Assembly: GCA_037441365.1 (NCBI GenBank)
Contig: JBBISG010000002.1
Coordinates: 7,462 to 71,461, forward strand
From: Nitrospirota bacterium
GTDB lineage: Bacteria; Nitrospirota; Thermodesulfovibrionia; Thermodesulfovibrionales; UBA9159
Reading direction: 5' to 3'
DNA length: 64,000 nt
Position 1 is the stretch's first letter; every line of letters begins with the position of its first letter. The translations under genes were made by a program, and so were the position numbers. Under the pieces are notes generated by a model, which saw nothing but the letters and a program-made list of their open reading frames with translations, was not told the origin of the DNA and ran no database searches. Shown here one piece after another: positions 54,717 through 64,000 of the stretch.

Positions 54717-57700
54717 TCACCCCTTACACCACTTTCTTGCATTCTGAAACATCTTGAGCCAGGGCGATGCCCTGAGCGTCTTCCAGTCATCGGGCATCCA
54801 CGGCCACTGCCATTTCAAGAATGTCCTCTCTGGATGGGGCATGATAGCGAGGTGTCTTCCGTCAGGCGAGCAAAGGGCCGCAATGCCGAGCGGAGAGCCG
54901 TTTGGATTGAAGGGATAGGATTCTGTAATCCCCCCGCTGTCATCAACGTATCTCACCGGAGCAAGGCCCATCTCTATCACCCTGCCTTTGACCGATTCGT
55001 CGGGGAAATATGCCCTCCCCTCACCATGCGCCACCCAGATGCCAAGGGTCGAGCCCTCCATGCCCTTAAGCATAATGGATGGGCTCGGTAAAATCTTTAC
55101 TGTGGCGAATCTCGATTCAAAGCGGCCTGACCTGTTCTGGATAAACCTCGGCTGCAATCTGTCCTCTATTCCTGTCCACGGCACCCAGCCCAGGAGGGCC
55201 ATCAGCTGGCATCCATTGCATACACCGAGGCTGAAGGTCTCATCCCTGCTGTAGAATCTTTCGAACTGCTCATATATTCTCTTATTGAACCTTATTACCC
55301 CTGCCCACCCCTTTGCCGAATCGAGGACATCTGCATAGCTGAACCCTCCAACAAAGGCGATGCCCTTAAAATCATCGAGGGATATATCCCCTCTGAGAAG
55401 GTCAGTCATTGTGACATCCCATGTCTCGAATCCTGCTTGATAAAAGGCTCCCGCCATCTCCCTGTCGCCATTACTGCCCTCTTCCCTTATGATCGCAACC
55501 CTCGGCTTTGTCCTTCGAGTGATGATTTCGGGTGCTGTTGGCTCGGGCGTGAATGTAAGCCTATATGATGGCCCCTTCCTGTCAAAGATATTCTTCCACT
55601 CCTCATCAACACAGTCAGGGTCTGCCTGCAATCTGTCGAGGCGGTAGCTCGTCTCCTCCCACGATGCCCTCAGATGCTGCATCTCTTCATCTAAAACCGT
55701 AATGCGCGAAGAAGGGCACCCCAAAAAATCTGCGATTTTTTGGGGACCCCGGTTGTGATGCGTGATAAGATTTATTTTTATTCTTTTTTCTATCAGTGTC
55801 CTGCCGATGAACTGATAAGGGACAGAGAAGCCTCTGACAATAGAAATTATCTCGTCTTCTTTCTCTGGCATGTATTCCATCACTAACCCCGATTCCTCGG
55901 AAAACAGTATTCGTATTGTCTCCTCCCCTGACTCCTGACTCCTGACTCCTGACTCCAAACTTATCTCCAATCCACAGTTTCCAGAAAACGCCATCTCCAG
56001 GAGTGCAACGATCAGTCCGCCGTCACTTATGTCGTGCCCGGAGAGGATGAGGTCATCTTCAATGAGTCTCTGGACTGCTAAGAATGTGCGCCTCAGTAAC
56101 TGTGGGTCTTCTATATCTGGAGACTCATCGCCAATCTGGTTGTAAACATGGGCGAGTGCAGAGCCTCCGAGTCTGTATCTGCCTTTCCCGAGGTCGATAT
56201 ACAGGAGCCTGCTATGGCCCGGCCTCTTTATATCAGGGGTGACGACCTTTGTTATGTCAGGACATGTGGCATAGGCTGAGATAACGAGTGCACCAGGGGC
56301 CTTAACAACCTCCCTGTCACCATTAACCCCCTGCACCATGGCTGCCATAGAGAGGCTATCCTTTCCACCATCTACCGCTATGCCGAGCTCTATCATAATG
56401 TCCCTCAAGGCTTCGGCTGCATCATAAAGGGCGGCACCCTCGCCGGGCAGCTTCGCTGCCCACATCCAGTTAGCAGAACACCTGATGTCCTCAAGTCTGC
56501 TCACCTTTGCCCAGAGGATATTTGTGATGGCCTCGGCCACGGCCATCCGCGCCATTGCTGCTGGGCTTATGAGGCCCTTGATAGGCTGCTCTCCTATAGA
56601 TATCGCTGCACCTGTAAAGACTCCATCTGAAGGGAAATGGCTTTGAGAAATGACCGCCACATCAGAGACAGTAAGCTGTAGAGGGCCGACGCACTGCTGC
56701 CTTGCTATCAGACCCGTCACAGACCTGTCGACCTTATTCGTGAGAAACCGTTTTGAGCCGACGGACACAAGCCTCAAGACCCTCTCAAGGGCATCCTTTA
56801 CATTCAGGGCATCAGGCAGTCTTAGCGGTTCAAGCTGAGGGGGGATTCTATCGAGCCTGAAGGTCTTCTGCGGCATCTCGCCAAGGACCTTTCTGAGGTC
56901 GAGATTGACAGGGGTGCTTCCATCACTTTCATCATAGAGGACTATATAGCCGTCACCTGTTATATGGCCGACTGTAGCAGAGGGAACCTTCTCCCTCCTG
57001 CACAACTCTGTGAACATCTCCGCACTTTCAGGTCTTATCAGAAGGGCATTGGATTCCTGATACTCAGCGCCCCATATCTCAAGGACAGAAAGGGTGTTGT
57101 CTCCAAGAGGTATCTTTCTCACCTCTATCTTTGCTCCAGCAGGGTATATTATCTCCTTTATGACATTGCAATTGCCGCCCGCACCCTGGTCATGGATGCT
57201 TATTATCGGGTTTTCGTCACCGAGCTCTACGCATGCACGGATGACCCTGTTGAGCTTTTGCTCCATCTCAGCATCGCCCCGCTGCACTGCATTGAAGTCG
57301 AGTTCCTCTGACAGCTCACCAGCAAGCACAGATGACGCAGATCCGCCGCCTATACCGATTCTATATGCAGGACCGCCCACCTTAACAACGAGCATCCCCT
57401 TGTCAGGCATCCCCTTTTCTGTATGTCTTTCATCCATCTGGCCTACACCGCCTGTGAACATTATAGGCTTTATCCATTCCCTCCTCTGGCCATTGGGAAG
57501 CCTCATGCCAAAAGACCTTGTAAAGCCCTGTATTACAGGCTCCCCAAATTTATTCCCATAGTCTGATGCCCCGTTGCTTGATTCTATCTCTATCTGGAGG
57601 GGGGATGCAAGGTTTCCTGGGTAACCAAAGGAGCCGTCTTCCCACGGGAGTCTGTAGCCGGGTATCCTGAGGTTGCCGACACAGTATGCAGCAGTGCCTG

Positions 57701-58799
57701 CTATCACAAGACCTCCCCTCCCAACGGCCTGTATATCCCTTATCCTCCCCCCTGTCCCTGTCTCTGCACCCGGAAATGGTGCTACACCAGTTGGAAAGTT
57801 GTGCGTCTCTGCAGTGAATATAATGTGGTATGTCGGAGACCTCTCGATGAACGGGGACGGCCTGCCAGGCCTTTCAGGGATAATGGTCTTAATCCTGTAT
57901 CCCCTTATCGCAGAAGAGTTGTCTTTAAAGGCTATTATGCTGTTATTGGGATTCTTTTTATAGGGCTCCTTTATGAGCTCCATAAGGGTAGCAGCGGCCT
58001 CTTTCCCATCTATGATAAGCCTCCCCTTAAAGAACCAGTGCCTTGAGTGTTCGCTGTTTGACTGACCGAGGTCAAAGCACTCAACATCTGTTGGGTTTCT
58101 CCTCAGGTCATTGACAAAGAGATTATAATAGTAGTCGATATCCCATTTATCAAATCCGAGGCCGAGCTCCCTGTTTATCCTCTCAATTGCTGCCCTGCCC
58201 TCTTCGATGACCTTAACCTCATACACAGGTTCAGGCCTGAGCCCTGTCTCAAAGGTCTCGAGCCTTTCAGGATAGAGGCATTCAGTCATTTTGTCAAAGA
58301 AGAGTGATAAGTGATGAGTGATGAGTGATGAGTAAAAATCATTTACACTCGTTACCCTTGACGCATCACGTATTACGAACTTATATCTCCTTGAGCGTTC
58401 AATACGGCTTATCTTCTTTAATCCACAGGCATGACATACGGAGACCGCATTCGTTGACCATGCGGTTGTGAAGTTCATCCTCGGGCCGACCTCAAGAACA
58501 GAGCTAAGAGCACAGAGCCCAGAACTCAGACTGTCTTTATCTGTGCTCTGTGTTCTGTGTTCTGTGTTCTGAATGAAGAAGCTTTCATCCGAGAAATTCT
58601 CGGGCTCGAAGGTCTCACGGAGGAGCCATTCCAGAACCCCGATCTCTTCAGGGAGAAGGGGATCCGAATCGATGTAAAAACAGTACTCTGTCTCGATATC
58701 CTCTATACCGGCGGAGACCCTCTCTCTCAATACGGACAGGAGGTTCTTCTTCTTTGTCTCGGAGAGGGCAGGGACCCTGTATCTGTAGATTAAAGGCAA
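54717..58799 (-). CDS. purL: phosphoribosylformylglycinamidine synthase, single-chain large PurL, with several in-frame repeat insertions
   Basis: 1360 aa. ETHNFPTGVAPFPGAETGTGGRIRD, the DxG-containing FGAM synthetase domains, and a C-terminal triad glutaminase (GVCNGCQ...HGEG). Confidence 0.95.
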   Translation of the reverse strand: MPLIYRYRVPALSETKKKNLLSVLRERVSAGIEDIETEYCFYIDSDPLLPEEIGVLEWLLRETFEPENFSDESFFIQNTEHRTQSTDKDSLSSGLCALSSVLEVGPRMNFTTAWSTNAVSVCHACGLKKISRIERSRRYKFVIRDASRVTSVNDFYSSLITHHLSLFFDKMTECLYPERLETFETGLRPEPVYEVKVIEEGRAAIERINRELGLGFDKWDIDYYYNLFVNDLRRNPTDVECFDLGQSNSEHSRHWFFKGRLIIDGKEAAATLMELIKEPYKKNPNNSIIAFKDNSSAIRGYRIKTIIPERPGRPSPFIERSPTYHIIFTAETHNFPTGVAPFPGAETGTGGRIRDIQAVGRGGLVIAGTAAYCVGNLRIPGYRLPWEDGSFGYPGNLASPLQIEIESSNGASDYGNKFGEPVIQGFTRSFGMRLPNGQRREWIKPIMFTGGVGQMDERHTEKGMPDKGMLVVKVGGPAYRIGIGGGSASSVLAGELSEELDFNAVQRGDAEMEQKLNRVIRACVELGDENPIISIHDQGAGGNCNVIKEIIYPAGAKIEVRKIPLGDNTLSVLEIWGAEYQESNALLIRPESAEMFTELCRREKVPSATVGHITGDGYIVLYDESDGSTPVNLDLRKVLGEMPQKTFRLDRIPPQLEPLRLPDALNVKDALERVLRLVSVGSKRFLTNKVDRSVTGLIARQQCVGPLQLTVSDVAVISQSHFPSDGVFTGAAISIGEQPIKGLISPAAMARMAVAEAITNILWAKVSRLEDIRCSANWMWAAKLPGEGAALYDAAEALRDIMIELGIAVDGGKDSLSMAAMVQGVNGDREVVKAPGALVISAYATCPDITKVVTPDIKRPGHSRLLYIDLGKGRYRLGGSALAHVYNQIGDESPDIEDPQLLRRTFLAVQRLIEDDLILSGHDISDGGLIVALLEMAFSGNCGLEISLESGVRSQESGEETIRILFSEESGLVMEYMPEKEDEIISIVRGFSVPYQFIGRTLIEKRIKINLITHHNRGPQKIADFLGCPSSRITVLDEEMQHLRASWEETSYRLDRLQADPDCVDEEWKNIFDRKGPSYRLTFTPEPTAPEIITRRTKPRVAIIREEGSNGDREMAGAFYQAGFETWDVTMTDLLRGDISLDDFKGIAFVGGFSYADVLDSAKGWAGVIRFNKRIYEQFERFYSRDETFSLGVCNGCQLMALLGWVPWTGIEDRLQPRFIQNRSGRFESRFATVKILPSPSIMLKGMEGSTLGIWVAHGEGRAYFPDESVKGRVIEMGLAPVRYVDDSGGITESYPFNPNGSPLGIAALCSPDGRHLAIMPHPERTFLKWQWPWMPDDWKTLRASPWLKMFQNARKWCKG
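55715..55751 (-). repeat. P-element copy P11 inside purL
   Basis: GGGCACCCCAAAAAATC-TGC-GATTTTTTGGGGACCCC. On the coding strand it is translated as RGPQKIADFLGCPSS. Confidence 0.9.
55928..55956. repeat. tandem heptamer run (CTGACTC x4) in-frame in purL
   Basis: CTGACTCCTGACTCCTGACTCCTGACTCC. The coding strand is translated as GVRSQESGEE. The complementary arm is not clearly retained. Confidence 0.6.
58302..58376. repeat. H-element H12, in-frame in purL
   Basis: GAGTGAT AAGTGAT GAGTGAT GAGTGAT GAGT - AAAAATCATTTA - CACTCGT TACCCTT GACGCAT CACGTAT TAC. Confidence 0.8.
58507..58571. repeat. H-element H13, in-frame in purL
   Basis: AGAGCAC AGAGCCC AGAACTC AGAC - TGTCTTTAT - CTGTGCT CTGTGTT CTGTGTT CTGTGTT CTG. 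The coding strand is translated as QNTEHRTQSTDKDSLSSGLCALSS. Confidence 0.85.
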
Positions 58800-58804
58800 T
58801 CCTG

Positions 58805-60103
58805 TTACTCCTTCCCGAACACCCTCTCGAATATATAATCCACATTCCTGAAATAATGCCCCAGATCAAAAAGGAGGTCTATCTCTTTCTGCATCAGATA
58901 CCTTCTCACATCCCTGTCCTTCAATAACAGCCTTTTGAAATCCCTTCTCGACTGCCAGCTCTTCATGGCATTTCTCTGGACAATGGTATATGCCTTCTCT
59001 CTTGTAAGCCCTTTTTCGATCAGTGCGAGCATGACCCTCTGGGAATTATAAAGCCCGTAGCTCCCTGCCATGTTTTGCTCCATCCTTTCAGGATAGACCT
59101 GAAGGCCATCGAGTATTGTCCTGAGCCTGTTCAGCATATAGTCAACGAGTATTGAGCTGTCAGGTATGATGATGCGCTCTACAGATGAATGGGAGATGTC
59201 CCTCTCATGCCAGAGGGCGATGTCCTCAAGCGCAGCCATTGCATTTGCCCTCACGACCCTTGCAAGTCCTGAGAGGTTCTCACATCCGACAGGATTTCTC
59301 TTATGCGGCATTGCTGATGACCCCTTCTGCCCTGCCTCGAATGGCTCCTCAGCCTCGAGGACCTCTGTCCTCTGCAGATGCCTTATCTCGATGGCTATCT
59401 TCTCTATGGATGCAGCGATCAAGGCAAGGGTCGTGAGATACTCCGCATGTCTGTCCCTCTGCACGATCTGTGTTGCCACTGGTTCGGGACTAAGTCCGAG
59501 TCTCCTGCACACCCTCTCTTCGATGGCGGTAGGGATGTTCGAGAACGTGCCAACAGCACCAGAGAGCTTCCCGACACTTATAACATCCCTCGCCCTCGTC
59601 ATCCGGGCTGTATTCCTCTTCATCTCCTCATACCAGAGGGCGAACTTCAGACCGAAGGTCATCGGCTCTGCATGGACGCCATGGCTTCGGCCCATACAGG
59701 GTGTGTCCTTATATCTGAATGCCTGCCTCTTAAGGACATCCATCAGGTCCTTTATATCATGGATTATGATGTCAGATGCCTCCCTCATCAGGAGCGAGAG
59801 GGCAGTGTCGACTATATCAGATGATGTCAGGCCCTTGTGGATGAATCTCGACTCCTCTCCGACATTTTCAGCAACCGAGGTGAGGAAGGCGATGACATCA
59901 TGCTTCACGGTCTTTTCTATCTCATCGATCCTTTCGACATCGAACCTCGCCTTTTTCTTGATTACCTTAACCGCATCCCTCGGTATCTCTCCGATCTCAG
60001 CCCATGCCTCACAAACGGCTATCTCGACATCGAGCCACTTCATATACCTGTTTTCGAGCGTCCATATCCTGCCCATCTCGGGCCGTGTATATCGTGCTAT
60101 CAT
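58805..60103 (-). CDS. purB: adenylosuccinate lyase
   Basis: MIARYTRPEMGRIW...GLTSSDIVDTA...GSSAMPHKRNP signature. 432 aa. Confidence 0.95.
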   Translation of the reverse strand: MIARYTRPEMGRIWTLENRYMKWLDVEIAVCEAWAEIGEIPRDAVKVIKKKARFDVERIDEIEKTVKHDVIAFLTSVAENVGEESRFIHKGLTSSDIVDTALSLLMREASDIIIHDIKDLMDVLKRQAFRYKDTPCMGRSHGVHAEPMTFGLKFALWYEEMKRNTARMTRARDVISVGKLSGAVGTFSNIPTAIEERVCRRLGLSPEPVATQIVQRDRHAEYLTTLALIAASIEKIAIEIRHLQRTEVLEAEEPFEAGQKGSSAMPHKRNPVGCENLSGLARVVRANAMAALEDIALWHERDISHSSVERIIIPDSSILVDYMLNRLRTILDGLQVYPERMEQNMAGSYGLYNSQRVMLALIEKGLTREKAYTIVQRNAMKSWQSRRDFKRLLLKDRDVRRYLMQKEIDLLFDLGHYFRNVDYIFERVFGKE

Positions 60104-62451
60104 CCTGCCCCCTTAGACAGCGCACTCTTGACAGTCTCTGCGATCTCATTTATATCATAGGGTTTCTGTACAAATCCTTCGATGCCCGCATCCCCTATCA
60201 TCTTCCTTATCTGCTCGCCTATACCGTAACCTGATGATACCAGGACCTTCACCGCCGGGTCTATCATCTTGATACGGTGAAATGCCTCATCGCCGCTCAT
60301 CTTCGGCATGACCATGTCGAGGATGATGAGGTCAATCCTTTCTCGTTGTCCCCTGTAAATCTCGACCGCCTCCTCACCATTTGATGCCTCGATGGTCTCA
60401 TAACCGAGTCCATTGAGTGTATCCCGCAGGAGACCCCTTATATCATCCTCATCATCGACAATAAGTATTGTGCCGCTACCGTGTGGAGGCTCCTTCACCA
60501 CCTCGCCCTTTTTACTGGCCTCTCTTTCTGTAGCAGGCAGGAATATGGTGAATGTCGAGCCCTTGCCCGGTTCGCTATCTACTGTTATAAAGCCATCGTG
60601 GTTCTTCACAACCCCATAGACCATTGCAAGCCCCATGCCTGTTCCCTTACCCTTTTCCTTTGTCGTGAAGAATGGCTCGAAGATGTGTTTCTTTACCTCA
60701 TCGTCCATACCCCTGCCTGTATCCGTGACTCTCACGACAGCATACCTCCCGGCCCTTGCCCATAAGTATGGGAGCTCGTCTTCGGTGATCTCTTTATTCA
60801 GGGTCTCTATATGGAGCACCCCTCCTGCAGGCATCGCATCCCTCGCATTCAGGCATAGGTTCAGGATAACATTTTCGAGCTGGCTTCTCTCTCCCTCTAC
60901 TGTCCATATATCAGGACTGAGGGTAGTCTTTATCTCTATAGCCCTGTCAAATGTCCTCGTTATGATCCTGAGCACCTCATCCACAACATCATTCAGGTTC
61001 AACGGCTCGACAACATATTTCCCTTTTCTGGCAAATCCGAGGAGCTGTTTTGTGAGGTCTGCTGCCCTTTCTGCAGAACGCTCTATCACATCGAGGGGCT
61101 TGTACATAGGGTCTGCCTCCGAGACCTTCATCTTGAGGAGCGATGCATAGCCGAGTATCCCCTGGAGCATGTTGTTAAAGTCATGGGCAATACCTCCGGC
61201 AAGGGTCCCGATGGCCTCCATCTTCTGGGCATGGAAGAGTTCCTCTTTGATACGCTCCTTTTCCCTCTCCTCATCGAGCCTCTCAAGCTCCAGAGCCACC
61301 ATCTGGCCTATGGTCTGAAAGACCTTGATGTCCGATTCATCGAATCCCCTCTCCGTGCCAAATGCATTCACGATCCCGATCACACCACCATTTCTGTCGA
61401 ATATAGCGCTGCCTATGTATGAATCTGCCCTTACCTCTCTGGTAAGCCCGGAGGAAGGATACTGCCTGTATGCATCCCTTTCAATAACGACCAGATGCCG
61501 TTTGGTGAGGACATCATCACAAGGTGTGCCCTTAAGGGAGATGTTCATGCCCTTTTTGATCTCACCGTTGAGATACAGCGCCATTACCTCTGCAGTCTCT
61601 CCATCAGGGGCAAGCCTCGCTATGAGCGAATTAAGGCCAAAGAGCCTGCCTATCGCCATTGCAACCTCGGCAAAGAACTCCTCACCCCTCCTCGATGCCA
61701 CTATGTGGTAAATATTGTTGAGCATCCCGGTTTCCTTCTCATATAACTCCATCGCCTCCTTGAGGCCCTGGCTGAGGTATTCAAACTCGGCAATGCCTCT
61801 GTAATCAGGCTTCTCGCCCCTCTTTACGGCATTCACAATCCTGCTGACCGGGACCCTCAGGGATCTGTCAACATAATAAAAGAGCAGCATGGCGGAGATT
61901 ATCAAAACGAGGTATGTGGCCCCATAGGCGCGGTTTATCCTGAAGGTCAATGGTGCAAATTCGCTGTCATCCTTTATGATGGATATGCGCCAGTCCCATG
62001 GGTCGAACCTCACGGTGTATGAATAATAACCCCTCCCATTGCGTTTGAAGGTAGAAAGCCCTCCCTTAGCATTTAGAATCATTGTCAAAGGCAGGGGAAG
62101 CCTCTCTGTCGAGAATATCGCCTTACCCTCCCCATCGATGATCGCCCCTTCAAGACCGTTGACCCTCATGAAGTCCTCTATCCTGCCGATGGCGAGGCCC
62201 TTTTTAAGCCTCACCTGCCTCGCATCCCCTGACATGCCAGACATCAGAAGGTCATTGAGGGCCTGATCACAGATGTCGTATATGGCCCGGGAGAGGTTGT
62301 CGATGGCGCGCTCAATATGGATATGGGTGAGATCAGACATCGACCTCAGGACGATGAGATGCAGAAGGAGTCCTGACAGGAGGACTGTAATGACTACAGG
62401 TGCGATAAGCCTGAATGTGAGGCTGTTAATTATTCTGTGTTTATATCTCAT
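60100..62451 (-). CDS. hybrid sensor histidine kinase (N-terminal TM-flanked sensor, GAF, HisKA, HATPase, C-terminal receiver)
   Basis: H-box GIAHDFNNML; G boxes DTGRGM and GTGMGLAMV; receiver ILIVDDEDD...LIILDMVMPKMSG. 4-nt overlaps with both neighbours. Confidence 0.8.
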   Translation of the reverse strand: MRYKHRIINSLTFRLIAPVVITVLLSGLLLHLIVLRSMSDLTHIHIERAIDNLSRAIYDICDQALNDLLMSGMSGDARQVRLKKGLAIGRIEDFMRVNGLEGAIIDGEGKAIFSTERLPLPLTMILNAKGGLSTFKRNGRGYYSYTVRFDPWDWRISIIKDDSEFAPLTFRINRAYGATYLVLIISAMLLFYYVDRSLRVPVSRIVNAVKRGEKPDYRGIAEFEYLSQGLKEAMELYEKETGMLNNIYHIVASRRGEEFFAEVAMAIGRLFGLNSLIARLAPDGETAEVMALYLNGEIKKGMNISLKGTPCDDVLTKRHLVVIERDAYRQYPSSGLTREVRADSYIGSAIFDRNGGVIGIVNAFGTERGFDESDIKVFQTIGQMVALELERLDEEREKERIKEELFHAQKMEAIGTLAGGIAHDFNNMLQGILGYASLLKMKVSEADPMYKPLDVIERSAERAADLTKQLLGFARKGKYVVEPLNLNDVVDEVLRIITRTFDRAIEIKTTLSPDIWTVEGERSQLENVILNLCLNARDAMPAGGVLHIETLNKEITEDELPYLWARAGRYAVVRVTDTGRGMDDEVKKHIFEPFFTTKEKGKGTGMGLAMVYGVVKNHDGFITVDSEPGKGSTFTIFLPATEREASKKGEVVKEPPHGSGTILIVDDEDDIRGLLRDTLNGLGYETIEASNGEEAVEIYRGQRERIDLIILDMVMPKMSGDEAFHRIKMIDPAVKVLVSSGYGIGEQIRKMIGDAGIEGFVQKPYDINEIAETVKSALSKGAG

Positions 62452-63593
62452 CTAAATACCGGTCTTGCTGTCCTTGACTTCTCCGGCCAGACGATCTCCT
62501 TCTTGCCGTTCTGCCACTGGATGATGAGGTTCTGGTGTTTCATCTGCAGCCCTGTCCTGTCAACGTTATATCTGCCAAAAATGGTCATTGTGTCCATCCC
62601 CGACAATATATCCCTTATCCTATCTCTGTCGATCTCCCCGACCTTCTTTATCGCAGCCTCCAGCAACTGCCCTGCTGCATATGCCGCTGCTGCATGGTAT
62701 GAGGGCACTCCTTTATATGCCTTTACAAAGGAGCTGTAGAACTCATTGCAACCCGGGGGGAGTAATCCACCGTGATGTTTCCACATGGAGGATGAAAAGA
62801 CATGTTCGGCATCGGCTCTGAGTTCATCATAAAATGCCTGCATCGCAGGTCCAACAGAGGCATAATATGCCTTTGGATGCCAGCCTACCCTCTTAAGGGA
62901 CAGGCGCATGATCACTGCCGCTTCAAAATGGCCACAGACAATCAGCGCATCCGCCTTTAGCTCCTTAGACCTCTTTGCAATCCAATCAAGGTCCTTCGTG
63001 CCCTTTCTGAAACCCTCAAATAAGACCACCCTGAGTCCGAATCGCTCCGCCCATTTCTTTGTGCCGGCAGCGATATCCCTTGAGAAGGAATCATCCGCAT
63101 ACACAATAGCAACCCCATCCAGACCATTTACCACCAGCATCTCAAGAAAACCGACCGAATACCTGCTTGCAGGCGTATAGATGCCAAAGACATATCTATA
63201 ACCCTTCTGCCACAGCCTGTCTGCAGATGCGCCAGACACAAGCAGTGGATAGCCGTATTTCTCTGTTACGGGCAGGACCGCCTCTGTTATCTCGGATGAG
63301 TATGGGCCAAAGACAAGGTCTACCCTATCCTTCAAAATCAGGTGTCCATAAAGTGTTTTTGCGGTCTCAGGGTCGCTCCTGTCATCATAGATGATAACCT
63401 TGACCTCTCTGCCGAGGATGCCGCCGCGGCTGTTAACATCCCTTTCCCAGAGCCTGAGACCCTTTACCTGCATCTGAGACATCTCAGAGTATTTCCCTGT
63501 AAGACCGAGGGTAAGGCCGAACTTGATGGGTTCAGCAAAGGAGGGCACTATAAAGAAAAACAGCAGTGAAAAAACAATCAGGGCCTGTCTCAT
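62448..63593 (-). CDS. periplasmic substrate-binding protein, LivK/Leu-Ile-Val-binding family, coupled to the hybrid kinase
   Basis: Signal peptide MRQALIVFSLLFFFIVPSFA, then IKFGLTLGLTGKYSEM...GGILGREVKVIIYDDRSDP. Confidence 0.75.
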   Translation of the reverse strand: MRQALIVFSLLFFFIVPSFAEPIKFGLTLGLTGKYSEMSQMQVKGLRLWERDVNSRGGILGREVKVIIYDDRSDPETAKTLYGHLILKDRVDLVFGPYSSEITEAVLPVTEKYGYPLLVSGASADRLWQKGYRYVFGIYTPASRYSVGFLEMLVVNGLDGVAIVYADDSFSRDIAAGTKKWAERFGLRVVLFEGFRKGTKDLDWIAKRSKELKADALIVCGHFEAAVIMRLSLKRVGWHPKAYYASVGPAMQAFYDELRADAEHVFSSSMWKHHGGLLPPGCNEFYSSFVKAYKGVPSYHAAAAYAAGQLLEAAIKKVGEIDRDRIRDILSGMDTMTIFGRYNVDRTGLQMKHQNLIIQWQNGKKEIVWPEKSRTARPVFR

Positions 63594-63997
63594 CTTTTAA
63601 AGACCTCCCTTGCCCTCTCCATGAACTCCCTGATATCAGAGGTCCTTTCTTTTACTGTTATGATATTCTGCCAGTTTATCTTCAGATACTGATGGATGGT
63701 TTCATTTCTGTGCTTTACCAGAGGTGCAACCTTTAAGGCTACATCACCTATAAACTCATAACAGGCAAGGAGTGTATCCTTATAGGTCTCAGGAATGTTT
63801 CTCCTGTATTTCTTCAGGATTTCCTCTGATAAGTCTACGATACATAAAATTATGTCATTTATCGTTTTGTCGAGAATATTCCTTATGTCTCTATCAGCAA
63901 AATATCTGTCTCTATCTATCCCCACAAGTTTGAGGGAGAAATAATCTAAAGTTTCATTCAAAAAAGACAGCAAATTCTCGACCTTTGTGCCCATCAA
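63590..63997 (-). CDS. HEPN-domain protein of the DUF86/HepT type (putative toxin of a HepT-MntA pair)
   Basis: 135 aa. Rx4HxY-type motif in KHRNETIHQYL near the C-terminal third. The partner gene would lie beyond nt 64000. Confidence 0.6.
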   Translation of the reverse strand: MMGTKVENLLSFLNETLDYFSLKLVGIDRDRYFADRDIRNILDKTINDIILCIVDLSEEILKKYRRNIPETYKDTLLACYEFIGDVALKVAPLVKHRNETIHQYLKINWQNIITVKERTSDIREFMERAREVFKR

Positions 63998-64000
63998 ACA

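Overview
This is a bacterial chromosomal segment, probably from an anaerobe; the taxon cannot be assigned from sequence alone. I recognised no rRNA, tRNA, CRISPR array or transposase gene. Gene content, left to right: (1) anaerobic-type cobalamin block cbiB-cobD-cbiA-cbiX/cbiC-cbiMNQO-cobO-cobF (1-8463). (2) A 14.7-kb run of minus-strand genes (24022 down to 9354): metF, tusA-like, a receiver, two URO-D-family methyltransferases, an MtrH-like methyltransferase, a corrinoid protein, a RamA-type corrinoid activator, folD, then a tightly coupled set of DsrM/HdrE-like membrane protein, HdrD/DsrK-like CCG protein, cysteate-synthase-like enzyme and sulfopyruvate-decarboxylase-like enzyme. (3) A GAF/sigma-54 activator, OsmC-like and DsrE-like genes, and a Cys-type formate dehydrogenase with HydB/HydG-like partners (24150-31198). 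(4) Two NtrC/HK two-component pairs. (5) A second cobalamin block, cbiET-cbiL-cbiF (35457-38427). (6) Inositol-3-phosphate synthase, rpsB-tsf-pyrH-frr, a dksA-like gene, truA and comEC. (7) vapBC and an AT-richer block of four glycosyltransferases. (8) purL, purB, a hybrid HK with a LivK-like binding protein, and a HepT-like gene. The most unusual signal is at the DNA level. Two families of small hairpin elements are scattered through the window, and many sit in-frame inside genes including purL, rpsB, cobD, cbiA, cbiET and comEC. The first is a ~35-nt palindrome, GGGGTCCCCAAAAAATC-N3-GATTTTTTGGGGCACCC. The second has arms built from tandem ~7-nt units whose sequence differs from locus to locus. 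Other points: the FDH block is bracketed by identical dsrE-gene fragments; four sigma-54 type promoters are readable; one NtrC homolog carries a compensated frameshift in its ESELFGH motif. All functional calls come from reading the translated ORFs. No database search was possible.
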